Shown: positions 10,938 through 23,334 of the stretch, piece by piece | Position numbering within the stretch: the stretch's first letter is position 1 | How the letters are laid out: each line of letters starts with the position of its first letter | Origin: Cladosporium halotolerans | Taxonomy: Eukaryota | NCBI RefSeq assembly: GCF_011745625.1 | Contig: NW_027191468.1 | Span: 186,001 to 250,000, forward strand | Direction: 5' to 3' | Length of the DNA: 64,000 nt | The notes under the pieces: model-generated | Databases searched by the model: none | Told to the model about the DNA's origin: nothing | The model's input: the letters and a program-made list of their open reading frames with translations, nothing else | Position numbers and translations under genes: made by a program

Positions 10938-11821
10938 CTACCTTCTACTCAAGCTATTGAAAGCGAAGATTCACTGGTAGATTGTTTCTGTGATGCCAGT
11001 CCGTGACATCGGACGACATTATTTTACGACCTCGTGATGGCTGCCTGTGAAACACAGTTCTCCAGATGTTTAGAAGACGGCGAGGTGCTACTTTCTTAAG
11101 CTATTGAAACCGATGCACTGCTGGTAGTCCGCGTGCTTTTCAACCTGGTCCATGGCTTTCTCGGTTTGCCGAGTCGTTGGCGATTCCGGTGTGTTGAGTA
11201 TTCTTTTTGAAAGCTGAAGCCACCACTTATCGAAAGATACCGAAAAGTCACCTTTAGACACGCACGTGTCGGAGCGAAAGCAGTACGGTGGTACGTACTC
11301 GTCTCGGGAACAGCTTCTCTCACCACCACCAGGCGTTTGGGAAGCACCTCTTATCAGATTTAGGAGGTGGGACAAAAAGCCGGGACACAGGTGATGAGCT
11401 TGGTTACGCCGTAGTTGTCCAGTATCGCTTCCATTCCAGCGTAAGCTGGGTATCGTTCGCGCGACCGACGAGATTCACAATCTCGGCCAGTCGGCTCGCG
11501 ATGTGTGGTCCTTCCGCTCGATAAGGCTGCGTATACTGGATGTGGGTATCACGTGGGTAATGATAGAGAGAAAAACCTCGCACTCAAGCGCTATGCATTT
11601 CCGATTCTCTTCGAATGACGACAAAGTCGAGGTCAGGATCTGTGATTGGGCGATTGGCCATTCTCAATACGACTGCACCGTACCAACTGTCATGCGACCT
11701 GAGGTATTGTCTACATTGCTGGATTGTCCCATATGTCATCGGCAGCAATCGATGAATGACCATTTTGGTTCAATCTCTCCCGCGTTTCGACGGCAATCTC
11801 AATGTCTAGCGATAGATCTGC

Positions 11822-13118
11822 TCATTTCAACATAATCTCAATAACCTTCTCGACAGCACCGTCGACATTCCAGATATTGTTGACCTCGAGCCCATCAACG
11901 CTCTCGATCAAGCTCCTCCAGTGCTTCTCTCGCCGTTCTTGAGCTGAATGACAACACATCATGATCATGTCCACAGACGTCTCGAACCATCCAGCACCGA
12001 CTTCCGGGATGATGATCTCGTTCAGCAAAATCCGACTGTGTCCAGCTTGGAGACTTGGCTTCAGATTGGCCAGGATCTGCTTGCATTGCTCGTCTGGCCA
12101 GTCGTGCAACACCATCTTCAGATAGTACACCCTAGCACCGGTGACCTTCTCCGGTGTGAAGAAGTCGTGCTCTTCAGCCTCAATGCCTTTCGCTGCCAGC
12201 TCTCCGGCAGCGTTTGCCGCGCGGATGGTCTCAGGCAGGTCTTGCAGTACCAAGCGACCCTTCACATCAGGGTGTGCAGCCCGAAAGCTGACGAGATCGT
12301 GACCGCTGCCGCCGCCCACATCGATCATCAGGACCTCGTCGTTCTTGGCTTGATAATCCCCGAAAACGCTCTCCACAATGCCTGGCATCTCGTGCCATTT
12401 CAAGCCCAGCGTCTTGAAGCGCATGTGGTTGTAGAAAGCCTCAGCCTCAACCTCGCGGCCAGGCCTGCTGATGTACTGGAAGTAAGGATCTTGAGTGCCC
12501 ATGCCGTACATGAAACCTGTGTCGCTTTTGTCGGTTGGGTTTTGATACTTTCTTTCCTTGAGGAAGGCCGGGAATTTGGAGCCTACAGCGAAGGTTTGGA
12601 ACATGTCAACGATCACGCCTTTGCCTTCTGGTGTGCTGTCGGAGAAGAGTCAGCTTGATAAATATGGTGCGACCTTGAAGAAGGGTCCACGGTTTGTTTG
12701 TTTGAACACTCGACACGAGCAGGAACACTCACGCGACTTTGTCAGTCACCCCATTGGCAGTGTATTCGTCCGGCCCAATCTCTTGCACAAACCCCTGCGT
12801 ACAGGCATGCTTGAGCAGTCGACCGAGCAATTCACCGTCTGCGCCCGTCCTCTCTGCCAACTGAGCAACGGTGACTGCATCTTTCTCGTCCGAAATGATT
12901 TTGAAAATGTTGAGGTCGACAAGGATGCGGACGGCCAAGAAGAGGTAGATATCAGGGTAGCACATCCGCGCGATGCGCTCTGATGGTGTCTCGATAGCCC
13001 TCATGAGCTCGGTCGTGCTTTGGAGCATCTTTTGACGCTGACTCTCATCCCCAGACTTGTATGTGGCGACTTGTTGGTGCAAGCGTTCGCACAATTGAGA
13101 GACCGTGTTGTGATCCAT
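11822..13118 (-). CDS. SAM-dependent O-methyltransferase (Methyltransf_2 type), 399 aa
   Basis: Exons 13118-12733 and 12635-11822. Motifs IDVGGGSGHD, LQDLP, HDFF and VLHDWPD. Confidence 0.93.
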
Positions 13119-13836
13119 GTTGTATGAGATTTTAAAAAGGTAGCGCAACTGGGGCAAACCAACGCATTTGAAAGTCAAGATATCAACAAGCATTTTATAT
13201 TGGATCTTGATGCTGACAGACTTACCCAGCCGCAGCTGAGCTTCGAGAAGCTTTCGTGGCTGTAGCTGAGCTGAGGAGCGGCAGGCACACGAGGGATCAT
13301 ATGGAAGCTCACATTGGAATATGTGTCACCTGAAGCATATAATGACAACATTGTGATGAGGTTAGATCAGCAACGAAAGACGGAACCTTGCGCAACTGCG
13401 TCAATGGGCAATTGAACCTACGATATTTACAACATGGCGAAAAGACGGACCGTTGCCGACACAGGCAGATCTCTGCTAACCCCGCGCGCGCCACCACGGC
13501 TTCAGGTGGTGTGATGCTTGCCACAATGTCCATATACTTTCCTTAGCTTTGCACGTGGACTTGCGCCACTGCACATGGGCTATGGTCTGGATGGCGCCTG
13601 CCGCAGACCTCTTTGCCAGACCTGCACGTTGTTCAGTGTTTGCCCCCACTTTGCGATATTAGCTGATTCTTGTCTCTGTCCTGAGCTGTTGCCGCCCGAC
13701 TTGGAATGCTCCAGGATTGTACCCGGTACGTACAACTGTCTCGAATCGTGTCATCTAGAAGAGTTATGAGTAAAATCTTAAACTAGATACGCGATATTTG
13801 CGTGCAATCATTGATGGGGTTGTCTTTTTTGCTAAA

Positions 13837-13867
13837 TTCGCCGCGGCGAAGGTGCTCAAATTCGCCG
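13837..13867. promoter_or_regulatory. Perfect 14-bp palindrome TTCGCCGCGGCGAA plus a repeated half site; candidate Zn2Cys6 binding site
   Basis: Palindrome at 13837-13850; AAATTCGCCG occurs at 13834 and again at 13858. About 720 bp upstream of the OMT start. Confidence 0.4.
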
Positions 13868-14759
13868 TAAAAGAAGCGGGGAAGTCAAGCGTTGAGTGCT
13901 AACGAGCAGACCAAATTGGAAAACCAGCGATTCGACTGGGCTGCGTCGGCGAACGGATCTTCCGCCCCCAACTTGCCCGCGGCTGGTTGCTCCCTACAAG
14001 CTCAGCCAAAGCCTAGCGGTTCGAGTCTGATGTTGCCCAATTTCTGGCGCTGCATCTTCACAGCTGGAAATTCAGAGTTCCCATTGAAAGAATATCATCG
14101 TGAGCACCTGTGATTGCAAAGACTCAGAAATCCAGTTTAGACCGCAGTGAGTCTTTATAGCAGAATTGTGCACGTTGTTTGCTTAAATCTGCATGCAGGG
14201 AAGCACCTGATTCTAGTTCGTACCGCGAGCGCTCTCACTCACCGGCGTCCAAAACTCGTCTGTCGGCTAGTATGCTAGTTCTGTCTCCGCCGTATGCGCA
14301 ATCAAGTCTGTCTAGCACACCATTCGCAGGCATAGCGAGCGACCTTGACTTTCGAAATTCGACAACCCAGATCTGTCTAGGGTTTACCATGAAACGGGCG
14401 CGCCGCAATTCGTCGGGTTTTTACTTCGCCCTCATCTCCACCAGCAGCAGCATCCCCAGTCTAACAGCTGCTGCTGGTCAATCAATGGTTTGGACGAGCT
14501 TTGAGTGAGATACACGAACTAAACTAGCTGGATAGGTTGCTTTAACGATAGTCGAAGAGTCCATTGGCGTTCATGTCCTCCGAATCTGCTAAACGAGCCA
14601 GTCGTAAGCGGCCGCAAGTTTGAAAAACCCCCTTCGTTCAATGATGCTGAGATCGTGCAGAAACGCAATTTGTATCGGCAAAAGGAGTTCGTTGCGCAGT
14701 CATTCTTACGCAATCATATTTTCTACGTGTTTACAAGAGCAGCTTCATCTTCTACGTGT

Positions 14760-15689
14760 TCATAAGAGCATGGGAAACTGCTTGGCCTTATTCTGCTCCC
14801 ACCAACCCTCGTCATGCGCCGCAATGAGCTCCACCCGCCCATTAACTATCTTCTCCAACTCTTGCAACCTTGCAATGCTCTCTGCCGCCGCTTCTTTGTC
14901 TAGATGAATACACAGCGTGTTTCCTGCAGGTCCGGGCCAAGTGCCGATGTCCTTCTCGCCAGTCAACAGCCTGCGATCATGGAACGCGTCGCCGCACAGA
15001 CAAAGCCAGCGGTCTTTCGTCCGGCAAAGCAGATTGACATGCCCTGGTAGATGTCCTGGTGTGTCGATGACATACACTGAACCATCATGGAACAGATCGA
15101 GGGCTGCTGTAAAGGGACCAAGGGGTTTCCAATCACTACCTTTGGGATCAGAGAGCTCACTCGATCGCTCGTCTGGTAGTGTGTCAGGTACGAAATGCTG
15201 ATGCGAGGCAATACCGCCCAGGCCGTTCTTCAATACGTTGAGAGCGCCCCTGCCGACCACGAATTGAGCATTTGGGAAGTCCTCGGGATCGCCGTGGTGG
15301 TCGTAGTGCACATGGCTAAGCATCACAAGATCGATGTCTGCCGGATCGAGCCCACCGGACTTCAACTGTGCGGCAACACCAGGTGGTAATTGATGCGGTG
15401 CTCGACCGTCGATGTGGCGTTGTAGTTGCTCTGGATAGCGCTCTTTCGCTCGACGTAGCCCGAGGTCGAACATCATTCGAAATGGTTTGGCAGCATCCGC
15501 GCCGAAAGCTGATGTTCCTGGGTGAGTGACGAGGAATGTGAGGGACGGCACTGTTCGTTTGGCATCTTGTGTGGCGGGCGACACAAAGAATTGCTCAGCG
15601 AGTGTTATGTATCCGCCGGCTATGGGCGAGACCGTCACGTATGTCTGGTCGGAAGTGGGAGGTGGAAGCGGATGAATTTTGGATGGCAT
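14760..15689 (-). CDS. Metallo-beta-lactamase-fold hydrolase (AHL-lactonase/lactamase-like)
   Basis: HxHxDH motif SHVHYDHHGD, plus TPGHLPGH, GDAFHD and AAHD. First ATG is at 15689. Confidence 0.92.
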   Translation of the reverse strand: MPSKIHPLPPPTSDQTYVTVSPIAGGYITLAEQFFVSPATQDAKRTVPSLTFLVTHPGTSAFGADAAKPFRMMFDLGLRRAKERYPEQLQRHIDGRAPHQLPPGVAAQLKSGGLDPADIDLVMLSHVHYDHHGDPEDFPNAQFVVGRGALNVLKNGLGGIASHQHFVPDTLPDERSSELSDPKGSDWKPLGPFTAALDLFHDGSVYVIDTPGHLPGHVNLLCRTKDRWLCLCGDAFHDRRLLTGEKDIGTWPGPAGNTLCIHLDKEAAAESIARLQELEKIVNGRVELIAAHDEGWWEQNKAKQFPMLL

Positions 15690-16295
15690 TTTGCGGGTGC
15701 GAGGATGTGAGCAGAATATAGGAGAACGCGGTGCGTTCGGATGCGTGCGCTGCTGCGAAAAGACCAAGGTAAAGGTGAACAGGATCTAGAAGTACGTGAT
15801 GTGCAATCTGAATACGGAATGGGATTAAGGAGACGCGTGGGCAGTATATCGGAAAAGCTTTGCGCCCAGTCGCGAAAGAATTGCAGGAGTCCGACACTAT
15901 TAATCGAAGAGGTGTTGCTAGCTTATACTTGACCAGAGCCCATACTGACATCGTGATAGACACCGGCACCGTACAAGGGATCGACGAATCAACTCCGATG
16001 TCGTCGGTGTTTCTTCAAAGCGACCCCTCAATTCCAGCTCGACCCCGCAATCGCCATCTCGAGACGACCGAGATCAGGGTAAAGCTACGACGTCGGTGCC
16101 GTACGCGCGATGACAGCTGCCGGCCGATAACGCTCCATGATGTGCTTCTCTGGGGAGCTCCCGTGTTGCCCCGATCATAAAGATCATAAAGCGACACGAC
16201 CTCGGTCTATGCGACGAGACTTCTGTAGAGCACTCTCGTAAGCCACTCTCCCTCGACATTTACTGTGTCCATCATAGGTCCGACCCACCGCAACA

Positions 16296-16792
16296 ATGGC
16301 CGCCAACTACAGCGAAGAGGAAGTCAAGAAAGCACATGAGATCCTCTTCAATGAGGGTCTCAAGATGCGATACCAGGTAGCAGGCAAGGAATATGTTGAC
16401 AATGCTCTCAAGAATGGGACTGGTTCCTTCGCAGGCGCCATGCAGGAAGTAAGAAACAGTTCTGCGAACCGATCTCGACAGAGGCTGTCACTGACCTCAT
16501 CACCTATCAGTTCGTCACCGAGTCATGCTGGGGCTCAATCTGGACTCGACCTGGCCTCGAATTGAAGACCCGCTCGTTCCTCAACATTGCCATGCTCTGC
16601 TGCCAAAACCGCTCGTCTGAGCTCGCGACACACATCAAGGGCGCCCTGAACAATGGAGCTTCAGAGGATGAGATTAGGGAGGTTATCTTACAGGCAGCAT
16701 GTTACTGCGGTATGCCCGCAGGTATTGAGGGATTCAGGGTGGCAACCAAGGCTGTGGACGAATGGAAATCAGGACAAGGAAAGAAAGCTTGA
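16296..16792 (+). CDS. Carboxymuconolactone decarboxylase (CMD/AhpD-like) family protein, 144 aa
   Basis: Exons 16296-16448 and 16511-16792. WGSIWTRPGLELKTRS...ELATHIKGALNNG...EIREVILQAACYCGMPAG is the PcaC-like pattern. Confidence 0.92.
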
Positions 16793-16916
16793 AGTGGGGA
16801 GCTTTCATGAGATGGGGCTTGTGAAGACAGCTACACAGAGAGGAAACGGACGGAATCCGGACGCAGGAATATGATGACAACAGATAGACGGGTATTATGG
16901 ACAAGACGGGTTACCT

Positions 16917-18095
16917 TCAACCTTCTACTGCAGAAGTGACGTGATCCGACTCGTTCCTGCCTTTCAACTCTTCGAGCCTCTCGCCAACGCTGACGCCGTT
17001 CCAACGCTCTGCCTCATCCGATACTGCAGCACTCGTCAACCTTGGCATTCCGACCTGCTCAATGCAGAAGCTAGCAGCGACACTTCCCCAGCGAGCGGCC
17101 TCAATGACATCAAACCCTGTTCGGACGAGTCCAACAGAAAGACCACCAAGAAAGCCGTTGCCGCCCCCTGTTGGATCAATGACCTTGGTTTGGTCTGTAT
17201 GATAGGCAGGCAACCAGCAGTTGCTCTTATCCTTGCTGGAGTGCGCGATGTAGCATCCTTGCTTCCCCGACCTTACTACAATGACGCCTTCGCCTTTTGG
17301 CCCAATGCCGCTTGCTGCCAACTCAGCCGCATGCCTTTCAACAGCATCTCGTTCTACACCATTCGAATGCTCAAACCCAAACAGCGCACCAAGCTCCTCA
17401 TGGTTAGGACTGAGCACATCAATCCGGCTCAGAGCAGCTTTCGTATTCTCCAGCTCGTCCGGCACACATAGATCAGGAACTGGCTCCCAGACGATGATCG
17501 CTTCTGGAAGATCCTCCCCGAATGCCTCAGCACGCCTCTCCTTGATACGTTGCGCGAGTTCACTACATCGTACCGCCGAGCAGATGAGGTGGAAACTTTT
17601 CGAGGCCAGAAGTTCCTCGGTGAGATCCTCAGCGGTGAGGCGCTTTTTCTCGGTCAGGTATTTGAACGCGCGGTGATCGTTCTCGCCATAGCCATTCCAA
17701 CCGCGTGTGGTGAGGGCATCGCGGGGCCGAAACAGCACGCCTGTTTCCCATGAGGATACCGTTTTCCGCAACTCGGAGGGAAAGTCTGTTCCTGCGTCGA
17801 TGACCCAGCCAACAGATTTCGACTGTGGTGGCGGAGAAAAGAGCCGAGCACCAACCGCAGAGAATGTTCCGGCACCACCAATGATGTTGATCTGGGGTGT
17901 TTGATCAGGGGCTGAAGGAGGCGGATAGATGTCGTCTGCCGCCCGTTAGCGGTGAGCGGCAGTAGAGTCGTGCTCCGGGTAGCAGCTTTGGTGAGTCGTG
18001 AAGCGTGTTTTCAGACCAAGTGCTGATAAGAGTAGGATGTGAGATGATGATGAGCACCTACCTATGATGAACATGCCAAGGGTACAGAAATCCAT
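16917..18095 (-). CDS. PfkB/ribokinase-family kinase (Mak32-like), 350 aa
   Basis: Exons 18095-18062 and 17935-16917. MDFCTLGMFIIDDI, GGAGTF, WEPVPD, SPNHEEL and VIDPTGGGNGFLGG. Confidence 0.9.
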
Positions 18096-18555
18096 GATGG
18101 CCGACCGTCTAATACTCTATAGCCTTGGACCGGAACCCGCCGAAGGATATCGTCTTTGCGTGCAGATAGACGGTGTTGAGGCAGCCTCAAACATTTGCGA
18201 TCTGAGGCACGTCATTCGAGCTTCAGCTTCTCCGGGGTGTGGCGTTGGAGCGTTCGGCGTTGCACGCGCGGACTGGCGCATGCTGGAGGCTAGGCTTCGG
18301 GAGCTTCCTGGCCATCAGCATCGACATCTCCTGCCTACAAGGCTTCCGTATTCCATACCAAACATTATACACCAGGCATTCGCCAGCTTTGTTCCAACTC
18401 CCCTGCTCCTTCCTTCTTGAACGAGCTCGGATCTGCATCGAGACAACTTCCGACGATCTCCCCGCGCACGCTTTACGCAACATCAGACGATCCCTTGCGG
18501 GTCTGACGGTTACGTGCAGACACGTCGCAGCGTCTCGTGACCGCAGAGACCAAAA

Positions 18556-20474
18556 ATGTCCGACCACATGGCAGGCCCGAGCCAGGGCCAGGGCATGAAC
18601 AACCTGACCACTTTGATCAAGAGGTAGCTCTTCCCCCATCACTAACCCCTACCAATGCTCCTCCAATCCCCCCTCTACGCTTGATACGTCTGTACCACAA
18701 TGGCGAAGAACGTCAACTACAGCGCCGGCTCGGGGCCTTCAACGCCTAACAGCAATGGAAACAATCCGCTCACAGCTATCATCCGCAGGCTTGAAGCTGC
18801 AACCTCTCGCTTAGAGGATATCGCCTCGACGTCCACGAGCTTCGAATCTCTCGACAATGGCAAGATTGGACAAGCCAATGCGCCCAGGGCCAGCGCGCCA
18901 AACCTCCCTGGTACTGCGGTGGCAGGCGGTTCGCCCGCAGAGGCCCAGAAGACTTCTGCGCCGGAGCTCCCTCCTGCGATCAAAGAGATGGACGAGCTGA
19001 TTGATGGGGATGTCAAAAAGTTCGTAGAGGCGAGCAAAGGCATAGACCCCTTGGTTGAGGGACAGGTGCGTGAGAACGGATAACACATGGGAGGAGGGCG
19101 TTTCGCTGACGTACAAACAGGCGGAGACTACCGCCAAGGCGTTCCGTGACCAGAGGCGCTTCATCGTTACTTCGACCAAGGCCAAGAAGCCCGACATGGC
19201 CTCTGCCGGTTTCTCGGAGTTGATCAAGGATCTCCAGCAAGATATGGGCTCGGTGGGAGACGTGAGGGACACCAACAGAGCGTCGCAAATGAAAGATCAC
19301 ATGGCCATGGTCGGTGAGGGTATTGGTGCGCTGCAGTGGCTCATCATGGATGGCAAGCCTGCGGACTTTGTCGGCGAGGTCATTGGTGGTGCGCAGATGT
19401 ACGGAAACCGTGTGCTGAAGGCTTATAAGGAGACGTGAGTAGCTGCGGTCCTGCGCATGCGCCTTCATTTGCTAACTCCTCGAAAGCGACCAGAAGCACG
19501 TCAAGTACGTCCAGGCGTACTATGCCCTTCTGAAGGCCCTCCAAAGCTACATCAAGAAGCACTACCCGACTGGCCTCACTTGGAACAACAATGGCGTTGA
19601 TGCCACTCAAGCATACCGCGAGGCCGATGACAACAAGACCCCTACAGCTCCTCCAGCGCCTGCGCCAGGCGGTGGCGCACCTCCTCCTCCGCCGCCTCCT
19701 CTCCCCAACTTTGACAACAACCCGCCTCCTCCGCCTCCGCCTGGCGGTGCCCCTGCGCCTGCGAAGGGTGGCGCTGGCGACATGGATGCTGTCTTCTCCC
19801 AACTGAACCGCGGCGAGGAAGTCACCAAAGGCCTTAAGAAAGTCGACAAATCGCAAATGACACACAAGAACCCGGCTCTCCGTGCTCAAAACAGCGGCGA
19901 CAACATTTCGCGCTCGCGCAGCCGTGGCCCGGAGACCAAGCCCAAACCTGCTTCCATGCGCCAGAACAGTGCCGCCAGCACGCCTACGAAGAAGGAAGGC
20001 AAGAAAGAGCTGGACGGTAACAAATGGCTAGTCGAGAACTTCGACTCGCCCTCTGTGCCCATTGAGGTCGAAGTCAGCCAGACGCAGAGCATCCTAATTT
20101 CCCGCTGCAAGAACACCACTATCATCCTCAAGGGCAAGGCCAACGCCGTCAGCATCGACAACTGCCCTCGCTTACAGATCCTGGTCGACACCCTGGTCAG
20201 CTCCGTGGACGTGATTAAGAGTCCCAACTTTGCTATTCAGGTCACTGGCACTCTGCCAACTGTCATGCTCGACCAGGTCGACGGCGCATCGATCTACCTC
20301 GGCAAGGAGAGCTTGAACACAGAAGTTTACACCAGCAAGAGCACAAGTGTGAACATCGTCCTTCCTCCCGCGAACGATGAGGACGACAGCACGGAATGCC
20401 CTCTGCCGGAGCAGCTGAGAACTTATATCAAGGACGGCAAGCTCGTCACCGAGATTGTCGAGCATGCTGGTTGA
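18556..20474 (+). CDS. SRV2: Adenylyl cyclase-associated protein CAP/Srv2
   Basis: Exons 18556-18623, 18789-19065, 19121-19434 and 19487-20474. NLTTLIKRLEAATSRLED (RLE motif), polyproline tract, WH2 LKKVDKSQMTHKNP, CARP domain ending EIVEHAG. Confidence 0.96.
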
Positions 20475-21520
20475 AATTGGCGTTGCATAGACAAGCCGTC
20501 ATTGTATGATTTGAATCAGACGGGAGGGGGTGAGAAAAGAGTTGAGATAGATGTATGATCGTCATCGTTGGAGACTCGTATGAAGTGGAATTGTAGCATT
20601 CGTCTAATCTCTTATCCCCGAATTGCTCAGCCAACTTATCGTCTCGGCTGCTTGCGCGCGCGTTAAGACCGACGGCAATCAGTCTTCTCTAACATTTCTG
20701 CAGGCATCGCACCATTCTGTCAGATGACGGGTGCCCTGCATAGATGGACTGTTTGTCTACGTGTAGACCTAGTTATGACCCTTAAGGGCTCGATCGTGGC
20801 ACAACTACGTTGATACCTCGTCCTGCAACGGGGCATGCGGCATCGGATCGCTTACAGATCAGTGAGCTGTCAAAATTGCTTCCCTGTCCAGCTCCACTCT
20901 ACGGTACAGTACCAGGCAGCCGTCGTGTGACAGCAAACAGCTGATACTTTGTCGCGATGTTGCCATTGGATGCGACGATGGTCCGAAGAAGAAACGGTGT
21001 CAGCAAACGGATTGCTGAGTAGTGGCACTGCAGGGTACTGGCAAGAGACCTGGTGAGATTAGCCCACCGGCTCTGGATCCACAGCGTATCCGACCGGTCT
21101 TAGAGAGACGTTTCAGAAGGTCGGCCTTCGCCAAAATCGCGTGATAGTAGCCCCGAATCTCCGGCTTTGAGGGTCGGAGACAACACAGGATTTTGCCTGC
21201 TCCAATCGATGTGCGGCTTGCTGAATGATGACGTCGTGGTCAACGCGACTCATACGGATGGCGGGCACTTAGCTTCCGAGTGCCCTGCCATGATGCTTTT
21301 TCAGTCTAGAGCCATGTGGGCAGGGCGGTAACTGCTGGGAATAGCGTGAGAGAAGTCATGCGGTGATGTGGAGAGGGGTTGAACAGGTTGCAGGCAGGGG
21401 GATGGGAGGCCGTATATTTGAGTCGTTGGGGTGGCCGTCGATGAATGAGAAGCGCCCTGAAAAAATCGAATCAACAATTCTCTTGTGTGAGACACTACAC
21501 ACGCAATTCACAAGCCTACC

Positions 21521-22683
21521 ATGCCTCACTCAGAACCTGTCAACGGAAGCTCGACCAATGGACCCAGACCGGAGCGCCGTGGAGTCTACCTCCTCACGCA
21601 TCCGCGCTCGGCGTCCAACCTATTCCAGAGGATGATGGAGGCGCAGCCGGGCGTCCAGGGCTCGGGTTATCAATTCTTCAATGCAGCCTTCCCGATGATG
21701 ATGTCGATGGAGAAAGGTCCTCTCAGCAGCTTTCCTGAGGCGGAGCGGGAAGCGTTGTACGCGCCGTATCAGGAAGCGTTCGAAGCAGCCAAGGCAGAGT
21801 TGTACGGCGCCAAAGCAAAGGTGAGCAAATTTCGCATCCTGGAGAGAATATGCGTGCAAAAAACTTTGGACGAAGTAGAAAAGAGAAGTGAGGTTGTGTT
21901 TTGCTGCATTGAGGCTGTGGACTCGCGCCTATATTTAACGATTGCGTGCTCAACCAAGCTTCTTGCGACTCCGGAAACCACCACGCTAACTGCCGACATC
22001 CTCACCAGGGTCTCCAGGTATTCGTCAAAGAACATGCTTGCCTTCTGGCAAGCCCCGATAAGCTGTATGCTTCTGTCTACGAGGCGGACCGCAATGGCAA
22101 GGAGCCTTGGGTGCTGTGTCCTGAGGATGCGCACACCAACCCCTCCTTTCTCCCAGATGACTTCCTGCTCTCGATGCAGCCAATCTTCCAGATCCGCCAT
22201 CCGGTAGCGATGTTTCCTTCACTCGTGCGCACGCAGAAGAAAATCTTTGCAGACAGCCGTCCGAGCAATGCTAGATTTGTCGCTCTGCTGACGCTGCGCT
22301 ACTCCCGTGCTCTGTACGATTGGTACTCCACCCACGAACACGGCATGGCGCCAAAGGTGATCGATGCCGACGACATCATGAACAACCCGGCTGCGGTGCG
22401 ACAGCTCTGCAATGAAACCGGGCTCGACCCCAATGCTGTTCAGTATGAGTGGGAGACGCGTGAGGAGGCAGATCCGATGAAAGTACACTTCTTGTCAACC
22501 TTGAACGCCTCCAAGGGAATCAAATCGGGCTTGCAGGCCCGCGACCTCGACATCGAGACGGAGAAGACGAAGTGGGTTGAGGAGTTTGGGCAGCAAGATG
22601 CTGATGATCTGGCCAAGACAGTATATGAGGCGATGCCGGATTACGAGTATCTGCTCAAGCGCCGCGTGAAAGGCTCGCAGTAG
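21521..22683 (+). CDS. P-loop sulfotransferase-like protein, 324 aa
   Basis: Exons 21521-21820 and 22009-22683. THPRSASNLF resembles a 5'-PSB loop; also VKEH, FQIRHP...FPS and VIDADD. Confidence 0.8.
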
Positions 22684-23334
22684 AAACGTTGACGATGCTA
22701 GCTGATGACAAGAAATCAATCTTAATTTCCCCATGTATCTGTTATAGTACAGCGGTGCTCCTTGCAAGTAATGTTGCCGTTTTTCACGGTCATCCTAGGA
22801 TGGTCCTTGGCTGATCAGTCTATGGGTGAAACCTCATGTGCTTGAGATGTGACAGTTGATGTATCGGGATCGTACAAGATGCTACCGAGAAAGTGGGATG
22901 CTGTTTTGCTGATGGTCAATGTTCACTGATCGACAAAACACAATTTGAAGATATTGTATTGCCCAGGGGGCAATTCTTGCTTCATCGGTCACACGACATC
23001 CCCACCGAGTGTGTCTCACCGCGCACGGCAAAGAATCTGGGCATTTGCCTTGCTGTACTCGCATGCGCCACACGCCACACAAGCTGACTCGCCGATCTGC
23101 GGGGGAGTTGGTGGAGGAGGCGCAGCCCAGCTATCCACGAATACTGCAGCCTGATCAACACAACCTTGCCTTCTTCACCTCCTGTCGACCTCTTCACCTG
23201 TGCAAACCTCTTACATTTCTTGGGCACTGTGAGGGCACTGTGACTAAGGACGCAGGAGTCTTCTGATCGTGGAAATTCTCGGCTCGGAGCTCTCTGTGCT
23301 GACTCGAACGCCCACGCAAGGGCGGGTGGCAAAG

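Noticed and set aside
11088..11560. Protein-like fragments on the minus strand (e.g. AYAGMEAILDNYGVTKLITCVP)
   Set aside because: Interrupted by stops, with no consistent splice model or recognisable family. It may be a gene relic but I cannot support that.
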